Part shown: one piece after another, positions 62,481 to 64,000 of the stretch
How positions within the stretch are numbered: position 1 is the stretch's first letter
Layout: every line of letters begins with the position of its first letter
Assembly (NCBI GenBank): GCA_902620285.1
Contig: CACNHT010000001.1
Span: 109,599 to 173,598 of the forward strand
Direction: 5' to 3'
DNA length: 64,000 bases
Source of the DNA: an uncultured Alphaproteobacteria bacterium
Lineage (GTDB): Bacteria > Pseudomonadota > Alphaproteobacteria > HIMB59 > GCA-002718135
Position numbers and translations under genes: made by a program
The notes under the pieces: generated by a model
What the model was told of the DNA's origin: nothing
Database searches by the model: none
The model's input: the letters and a program-made list of their open reading frames with translations, nothing else

Positions 62481-63184
62481 TTATCCAATAATAAATTTGA
62501 AGCAGTTTCTATTCTATTTTGAACTTCGTTTAATAAAACTTTTTTATCTAAACCTTCATTAATTGTCGGTAAAAATTTTATAGTAATTAATCCTTTTTCT
62601 AATACCCATGATTGTTTTGGCCAACATAAACCTGAATTTAAAGCTACAGGAAGGATTTTTCTTTTTGTATGATTATAAATTCCAATAAAACCTGTCTTAT
62701 AATCAGGTTTACTACCAGGTAGCTTTCTTGTTCCTTCGGGGAAAATAATAATTGAAGATCCAAAAGATAATTTTGATTGAACTTTTTGTAACATATCTCT
62801 CATAGCTTTTGTTCCACCATCTCTATTAATCGCAACCATATTAGACTTGAATAAATATTGTCCAAAAATTGGTATAAAGAAAAGCTCTCTTTTATGGACA
62901 AAGAAACAATCTTTTAAATAGTAATAGAGCGCGAGTGTCTCAAAAGCGGACTGATGTTTAGACGCAATTAAGACGCTTTCATTTGGAATATTTTCTAAAC
63001 CCTCAATTTTATGCTTAATATTACATATAAGATTAAGAAAAACAAAAATAACACGTATCCAAAGTTTCGTTGGATATTTAAGTAAATAACTTGGTAATAA
63101 GAGAAAAGGTAAACATAAAATACCCATCAACACAGTCCATATAACCAAGGAAATATAAAATATTATACTTTTTAAAATTAACAT
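62477..63184 (-). CDS. plsC: 1-acyl-sn-glycerol-3-phosphate acyltransferase
   Basis: 235 aa. N-terminal TM, (A)SKHQS.(F/W)E (HX4D/E variant) and (I)FPEGTR motifs. Confidence 0.85.
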   Translation of the reverse strand: MLILKSIIFYISLVIWTVLMGILCLPFLLLPSYLLKYPTKLWIRVIFVFLNLICNIKHKIEGLENIPNESVLIASKHQSAFETLALYYYLKDCFFVHKRELFFIPIFGQYLFKSNMVAINRDGGTKAMRDMLQKVQSKLSFGSSIIIFPEGTRKLPGSKPDYKTGFIGIYNHTKRKILPVALNSGLCWPKQSWVLEKGLITIKFLPTINEGLDKKVLLNEVQNRIETASNLLLDN

Positions 63185-63234
63185 ACTTAATGATTTTGTT
63201 TTATATACTAGCCTGACTGATCTATATATAATTT

Positions 63235-63678
63235 ATGTTCATTGTTTGCTCTAATTGTGAATTCAAGTATTTAGTAAATTCTGCAGATCTTAAACCAAAT
63301 GGTAGAATGGTTGAATGCGCAAATTGTAATCATCAATGGTTTCAAGAATTAGATGATATTGACATTACATCATCAGTCCCATCTACAAAGAAAGAAGAAT
63401 TAGATAAAAATTTAAAAAATAATAAACAAAAAGAAAAATTAGAAAAAGGTCCAGTCAAAAATTTACCAAGTACAGTTGTAAGACAAGAAAAACCAAGTGT
63501 TATTAATTCAACTATAGTAATTGCTCTAGCTATAGTTGTAATTTTAGCAATATGGATTTATCGATCCTACGGTGTAAATACTTTTATTATTATTGATTTC
63601 TATATTAGGGAATTTTTCTTTAATTTAAATTTGATAATTTCAGACTTAGCTAAAATTATACACAATACTTTAAATTAG
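63235..63678 (+). CDS. MJ0042-type zinc-ribbon membrane protein
   Basis: 147 aa. N-terminal C.(N/K)C...(Y/F)........(G)..V.C..C...W zinc ribbon, K/E-rich linker, C-terminal TM helix. Confidence 0.7.
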   Translation: MFIVCSNCEFKYLVNSADLKPNGRMVECANCNHQWFQELDDIDITSSVPSTKKEELDKNLKNNKQKEKLEKGPVKNLPSTVVRQEKPSVINSTIVIALAIVVILAIWIYRSYGVNTFIIIDFYIREFFFNLNLIISDLAKIIHNTLN

Positions 63679-64000
63679 TTACAACCAACTCGGAATAATA
63701 TCAGCTTCAATTGTTTTCTCAATTTTCTCTGGAGAATAAATAATTGCATAATTATCATTGTGTACTAAAATTTCAGAGGGCAGTGGTCTACCGTTATAAT
63801 TTGAAGACATTACTTTTCCATAGGCTCCTGTATTTTTTATAACTAGTAGATTACCAATTTTTTGTTTAGCCAATTTAATATTTTTTAAAAAAACATCGGA
63901 ACTTTCACAAATAGGACCAGCAATAGCATAATCCATAAATTCCTCTGAGTTTACATTTATCGCTGATATTTCATGATGTGCACCATACATCGCTGGACGT
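63679..64000 (-). CDS. lysA: diaminopimelate decarboxylase, C-terminal part (5' end beyond window)
   Basis: The frame is open to the window edge (...RPAMYGAHHEI). GP(I/L)CES(S/G)D.(F/L), (T)GAY(G)..M(S)SNYN.R..P.E(I)LV. Confidence 0.9.
   Translation of the reverse strand, partial: RPAMYGAHHEISAINVNSEEFMDYAIAGPICESSDVFLKNIKLAKQKIGNLLVIKNTGAYGKVMSSNYNGRPLPSEILVHNDNYAIIYSPEKIEKTIEADIIPSWL

Overview
This is an AT-rich, very gene-dense window with many 1-8 nt start/stop overlaps (ATGA, TAATG). It looks like core chromosome of a streamlined marine alphaproteobacterium of the SAR11/Pelagibacterales type. That lineage call is an inference from the GcrA gene, the gene order and the composition; I ran no database search. 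Almost everything is housekeeping:
- can, panB, dxs, pgk, ftsY, mtaB, dapF
- ffh-rpsP-rimM-trmD-rplS running straight into leuCDB-asd
- a 12 kb TCA block, sdhCDAB-mdh-sucCDAB-lpdA
- tal, priA, atpHAGDC
- a minus-strand run from rppH to rplU (ctpA, rsfS, nadD, proA, proB, obg, rpmA)
- gloB, metXW, a chorismate-mutase/aminotransferase fusion with tyrC, plsC, and partial lysA

The one clearly accessory segment is 19.6-21.8 kb. An intact tRNA-Arg(UCG) is followed by two direct repeats of its 5' half, anticodon loop to 5' end. Each repeat is preceded by a conserved ~70 bp arm carrying a tandem TACACTAAA motif. These repeats delimit two small single-gene modules, one encoding a 449-aa secreted protein and one a DUF805 membrane protein. 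No integrase or phage gene is visible anywhere in the window. I read this as a tandem array of integrase-less, tRNA-half-bounded cassettes (att-like junctions), and it is the best candidate here for an undescribed mobile or cargo system.

Secondary observations:
- a 135-nt GC-enriched long-hairpin candidate ncRNA upstream of the sdh operon
- a possible SAM-II/V-like pseudoknot leader upstream of metX
- acidic AEK-repeat tails shared at nucleotide level by S16 and L19, and a Lys-rich tail on L21
- two tightly coupled small ORFs missing from the ORF track

All family assignments come from motif recognition by eye. None was verified by search.
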